This document shows positions 60,479-64,000 of a stretch of 64,000 nt of DNA, in pieces. The notes under the pieces were generated by a model, which did not search any database, was not told where the DNA came from, and worked only from the letters and a program-made list of their open reading frames with translations. Location: positions 84,404 through 148,403 of the forward strand of contig JAUSKF010000004.1 in assembly GCA_030646995.1 (NCBI GenBank), written 5' to 3'. How positions within the stretch are numbered: position 1 is the stretch's first letter; every line of letters starts with the position of its first letter. Made by a program: the position numbers and the translations under genes. Source of the stretch: a bacterium (GTDB taxonomy: Bacteria; Patescibacteriota; Minisyncoccia; UBA6257; WO2-44-18).

Positions 60479-61633
60479 CTACTTTATCGCCTTAATGAAA
60501 CTGATTAGTGCCTCGGTTGCTTCCGCGAGATCTATTGAAACTGGAACATCAATACCATGTGCAATATCGTGCCTTAGTCTAGTAATGGGCGTGATTGGAT
60601 CCTTTTTATTATCGGCTTTGCAGATTCGGCCTACTTTCTTTGATTTAAAATAAGCATTGAACATATACTCGTCAAAATCAGTGTAAGTATCACCTGTGTA
60701 CCTACCACTTTTTTCTTCACGGCGCTTTAAATATTCATATAATTCTAAATAGTAACTCTCGCTCGCTACTCCAAAAATGAGGTAATTAATCTCACCATCT
60801 GACTTATAAGGAAGCACCCCTACGCCATCCATTCTTTTCACGGCGGTCGCATCCTTCTTGGTATCATCGCGATATATTTGGTAAATTGCCTGCCCCTTAC
60901 CCAGCTCTATAAAATATGGATCATGGGTCGTAATAAGAACTTTCGCGCCCGGCCTTTGAGAAAGCTTAAAGAGGGCACCATATAAGCTCTTTTTCCATTT
61001 TGGATGTAGGTATGCTTCTGGCTCTTCGAAAACTATTAAAATTTTCTCTTCTTCTCTAATCTCTCTTTCGGCGTAGTACCGAATAAGCGCTGCAACTATG
61101 AGACGCTGCGCGCCCATTCCAATTTTTTCAAAATCCACCTCACCAACTTTTGTTTTATATAAATCTTTTACGAAGGCTTTTATCAGCTTAATAATCAAAT
61201 CTTCCTTAAAACTATCCTCGGATATCTTCAGATCAAACTCCTTCTTCTCCAAACCAAAATCATTCAAAATCCTATTTACTCCGCCAACAAATTCTTTTTT
61301 CGCTTTAGACGTTTCAAATTTATTCGCTAAATCCTTAAGCATACTTTTATCGAAAATCGGGCCGAGGATAAGCTTTAGGAGCTTAAAAAAATCAGTCGTT
61401 GTTGCGGAGGTCTTTGTTTCTTCGTTCTGTGGCTGAGTATTCTCTGCGGGAATAAAAATAGGCTCATATTCTCCCATTGCTTCATGATCCATAATTGCCT
61501 TAACTAAGCTTGTTTTTCCGCTATTATTCTCGCCAGCCAAAATTGTGTAATTTCCCAACTCTAATATTATTTCCTCGGTGATACTCGTCCCATCTTGCTT
61601 AGGTATAGTAAGTTTCATTTTATTGAGCTTCAT
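60479..61633 (-). CDS. AAA15/ABC-type ATPase with ~130 aa C-terminal domain carrying an Rx4-6H (HEPN-like) motif
   Basis: Walker A GENNSGKTS, Q-loop-like GMGAQR, Walker B ILIVFEEPEAYLHP, H-loop VLITTHDP; C-terminal TRLRHDIAHG. Start ambiguous (61648/61633/61618). Confidence 0.65.
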   Translation of the reverse strand: MKLNKMKLTIPKQDGTSITEEIILELGNYTILAGENNSGKTSLVKAIMDHEAMGEYEPIFIPAENTQPQNEETKTSATTTDFFKLLKLILGPIFDKSMLKDLANKFETSKAKKEFVGGVNRILNDFGLEKKEFDLKISEDSFKEDLIIKLIKAFVKDLYKTKVGEVDFEKIGMGAQRLIVAALIRYYAEREIREEEKILIVFEEPEAYLHPKWKKSLYGALFKLSQRPGAKVLITTHDPYFIELGKGQAIYQIYRDDTKKDATAVKRMDGVGVLPYKSDGEINYLIFGVASESYYLELYEYLKRREEKSGRYTGDTYTDFDEYMFNAYFKSKKVGRICKADNKKDPITPITRLRHDIAHGIDVPVSIDLAEATEALISFIKAIK

Positions 61634-62883
61634 GTGCCCCGCTGCCATCTTCTAATTCCAAAGTTTTTATCTGTGGTAAAGAAACTAAACCGCTTAAATC
61701 CCCATACATGCCTACTGTGTTCGTAATTACTTTTTGAATTTGCTTTTCTCTCTCAGACCAAATCTTTTCATATGCCAGTCGTTCTTTTCTTAAACCTTCA
61801 CCCATATTAGTGAAAGCCTCAACGATTGCCTCTACCCTCTGCCTAAACTCCACGCCAGTTAAATAACTGTAAAGTACTTCCATCTTTTCATTCTTGCCAA
61901 CCGACATTGCCCTCTCCCTCGTGACTGCTTCTAAATTCATTCGTATGGCCGTAGCTAAAGCTATAGAAAGCTTCGTGTCGCAAATCCAAACTCCGTCTCG
62001 AAAAATAAATCCCTTCACCCCCTCCGGCAAAACCGCAGAAACAATCACTGCTACATCAGCCTTAATCGCTCTTTGATCATCTTTTAACTTCTGAATCCAT
62101 CCCTCGCTCCAAGCCTTGGTTTTTTTAGATTCCCAAACAATTTTTCCGCATAATCGACCGCCACGATCCAAAACTTTCTGAATAACATCGGCGCCGGTAA
62201 CTCCTTTGGGGACTGGCAAAATTTCATCAATCGGAAATTCAGATCTCAGTATTTCTTCAAGTTCCAATTCCAGAACCTCGCCCTGAGTTTGCTGCGATCC
62301 TTGTTCTAGCTTGCGCATCAAATCAGCGTTCGCTTTCGTAACGTCCGAGATTTTTTTATTCAGTTCGGCAATTTTATACCAACTTTCCTCTACGGCCTTT
62401 TTATTAGCTTCTTCTGATATCTTTTTTCGTTCCTCATCTAATTGCCTCTGCTTCTCTAGTTCAAAGTTCTTTTTGTCCTCTTCAAGTTTATTCTTCTCTT
62501 TGCGTAGCCGTAACTCATTTCCATTCGCTTCCTCTAACTTTTTATCCTTTTCTTTGAGCTGTTCATCTAAAAATTTTAATTCAGACAACTTTTGCTTTTC
62601 TGCCTCAGCTTGAGCCTGCTTCCGCAAAGCAGGTTTCTCAGCGGCAATCTTTTCGTTTACTTTCCTGTTAACCTCCGCTTGCGAGTTTTGTTGAGCCTCT
62701 AATAATTTGACCTGCCCGGCTTCTAATTCTTTTCTCTGTGTAGTAATTTCGGCTTCTTTTAGCCTGCTTTCTTCGCCAAATTCTTTTTTTAATTTTTCTT
62801 TTATTTGATGAGTCAAAACCTCATCCATCGAAAATAACGCACGGCATTTCGGACACTCAATTTTTTGCCCTGGGGTTTCCATT
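61620..62883 (-). CDS. DUF2130-like protein: N-terminal zinc ribbon, long coiled coil, C-terminal PD-(D/E)xK-like domain
   Basis: ECPKCRALF zinc ribbon; ~250 aa K/E-rich coiled coil; GADVIQKV...IVWESKKTK (D...ExK). Start trimmed to the ATG at 62883; the longer extension runs through GC-rich DNA. Confidence 0.55.
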
Positions 62884-63007
62884 TTGATTTTAATTGTTAC
62901 TGATTCTACCAGAAAATCTGGTATACAGGAACTCGCTGCGCCCCAGGAAGGAATCAAGTCTTCGGGAAATAAAAAGCCCCGCTTATTAGGCGGGGCCACT
63001 TTCTTAC

Positions 63008-63409
63008 TTAACCACCTAGGACGGGATAGTGCTGCTGATGGACGTGGTACTTGAATCCATGGAACTCGCTGATGTAAATCTTGTTCACCATATCGCCGCA
63101 TCGTTTTTCGGGTTGGCCAACTTCGATGCACAGATCACTGAACGGAATCTCGGGGAATGCTTCCCGCGCAAGCGCGATTAACTGACTCATCTTCGGAAGC
63201 ATTGCCAGCGATCGCGGACCCGCAACTGCGACGAAGGTGATTTCCACAACTCGCGCCGAATCCTTGAACTCGGTCATCACTGCCGTCGTCTTTGTGTCTT
63301 CCGCTTTCCCATTGGCCGACATGAGATGCGACAAATCCTTCGTCGCATTCACTTCCCGAGCTTTTTTCCACGCCGCCTTCAACTCCGGACTTGCGCCTTT
63401 CATGGCCAA
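63008..63409 (-). CDS. hypothetical protein (133 aa), GC-rich
   Basis: AAGGAGG RBS; minus-strand promoter TTGCTT-17-TATTAT at 63432-63460. Confidence 0.45.
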   Translation of the reverse strand: MAMKGASPELKAAWKKAREVNATKDLSHLMSANGKAEDTKTTAVMTEFKDSARVVEITFVAVAGPRSLAMLPKMSQLIALAREAFPEIPFSDLCIEVGQPEKRCGDMVNKIYISEFHGFKYHVHQQHYPVLGG

Positions 63410-63506
63410 CCTCCTTAATTGGGCTTAGCAGATAATAGCACGAATTAACCTGAAAAGCAACTATCTTTGGCCAGAGTCCACTATTGCCCTGCTGTGGACA
63501 AATTCG

Positions 63507-63534
63507 TTGACTATTGCGGAAATTCTGCTATATT
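63507..63534 (+). promoter_or_regulatory. sigma70-like promoter TTGACT-16-TATATT (plus strand)
   Basis: Consensus-like -35 and -10, divergent from the minus-strand promoter of the 63409 gene. Confidence 0.4.
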
Positions 63535-63540
63535 TTAGGT

Positions 63541-63592
63541 ATTAGGGCTTCGGCCTCCGAGGACCCCGCAGAAATGCGGGGTCCGATTTTTT
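63541..63592 (+). ncRNA. candidate ~50 nt small RNA or leader (UUCG-loop hairpin + GAAA-loop terminator hairpin)
   Basis: Promoter-to-terminator distance ~50 nt; GGCttcgGCC and GGACCCCGCAgaaaTGCGGGGTCC followed by tttttt; no ORF. Confidence 0.3.
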
Positions 63593-63749
63593 ATAATGAC
63601 TCTTTCCATATCGCTTTGAGAACTTTGAATTCTTCCTCGCCCAGAACCACCGCTGACCTTCTGTGGAAAAAGCACTTGACTATGCAGGCCTGCGGGTATA
63701 TAGTCTTAATTGTAAAGGGTGTCCCAGGTGTGGGCGCCCCCTTTGCTTT

Positions 63750-64000
63750 TTATGGGACTTTTATAAGATTTTTGCTTGATACCAACCTTATTAAACCCTC
63801 ATTCTTCTTTGTAAAATCGTCCTTAATTGCCCCGCCTATAATGTCTGACATTTGCATTGCATTTACATATCGAGAATCAACGTGCGTTATATGATTGATT
63901 CTTTCTCTATCTTTATCTTTGATGTACTTTTTCACTTTTTTCATTAGATAGTTGTCAAAGGAGTCGAATTTCCCATCTAGCAATCTCCGATCTGTTCGAT
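63750..64000 (-). CDS. hypothetical protein, C-terminal part (reading frame stays open to the window edge)
   Basis: No in-frame stop between 63983 and 64000; AT-rich. Confidence 0.3.
   Translation of the reverse strand, partial: RTDRRLLDGKFDSFDNYLMKKVKKYIKDKDRERINHITHVDSRYVNAMQMSDIIGGAIKDDFTKKNEGLIRLVSSKNLIKVP

Overview
**Part 1 (annotation).** This is a gene-dense window, almost entirely on the minus strand, with a conserved housekeeping backbone. The backbone comprises the following genes:
- gatB (5' fragment)
- a dCMP deaminase
- rplK-nusG-secE
- gyrB
- pheST
- galT
- a PBP2 (mrdA)-mreDCB operon
- proS
- rseP
- frr
- holB-like
- a second mreB
- murA
- an alpha-operon-like ribosomal cluster: rpsI, rplM, rplQ, rpoA, rpsD, rpsK, rpsM, an untracked rpmJ found by hand, and infA
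- alaS
- dnaG-rpoD
- tRNA-Pro(GGG)
- rpmB
- rpsF-ssb-rpsR
- rpoC-rpoB

The short alaS, the rpoA without an alpha-CTD, the absence of rplA/J/L next to rplK and rpoB, and the many small secreted proteins suggest a reduced-genome bacterium of the candidate-phyla-radiation type. That is inference and cannot be verified here. No CRISPR array and no rRNA were seen. The listed secreted proteins and promoters were also read by eye.

**Part 2 (hunt).** Superimposed on the backbone are three compositional classes of accessory DNA:
- **AT-rich island (57.9-62.9 kb), just upstream of rpoB.** It encodes an MmeI-like single-chain Type IIG restriction-modification enzyme, an AAA15-type ATPase with a C-terminal Rx4-6H motif, and a zinc-ribbon/coiled-coil/PD-(D/E)xK DUF2130-like protein. 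This is my best candidate for an undescribed or composite defence module.
- **GC-rich small gene cassettes.** These are at 23.1-24.1 kb, 36.2-37.5 kb, 40.4-41.0 kb, 45.4-46.4 kb and 63.0-63.4 kb. Two carry a conserved ~170-200 bp intergenic repeat and a third (partial) copy sits downstream of the restriction-modification gene. All three repeat copies lie directly 3' of a minus-strand gene, and the two full copies carry the promoter of the cassette gene below them. A 1.1 kb hairpin-dense GC-rich non-coding block sits at 39.3-40.4 kb.
- **Two copies of a ~265 bp MITE-like element with 18 bp terminal inverted repeats.** They lie at 2.55 kb and 20.24 kb. A second family of AT-rich palindromic repeats (GTATTAAGTAT) occurs at three sites.

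Other notable items:
- a tandem array of four divergent secreted YD-repeat-like paralogues
- a palindromic TTTAAATATTTAAA motif repeated between five consecutive r-protein genes
- cupredoxin-like domains that lack the Cys ligand
- a ~50 nt promoter-to-terminator mini-transcript
- several hairpin-closed GC-rich non-coding segments that could be ncRNAs but which I could not assign to any known family

All coordinates were read by eye from the sequence and the supplied ORF track. Family assignments rest on recognisable motifs, not on database searches.
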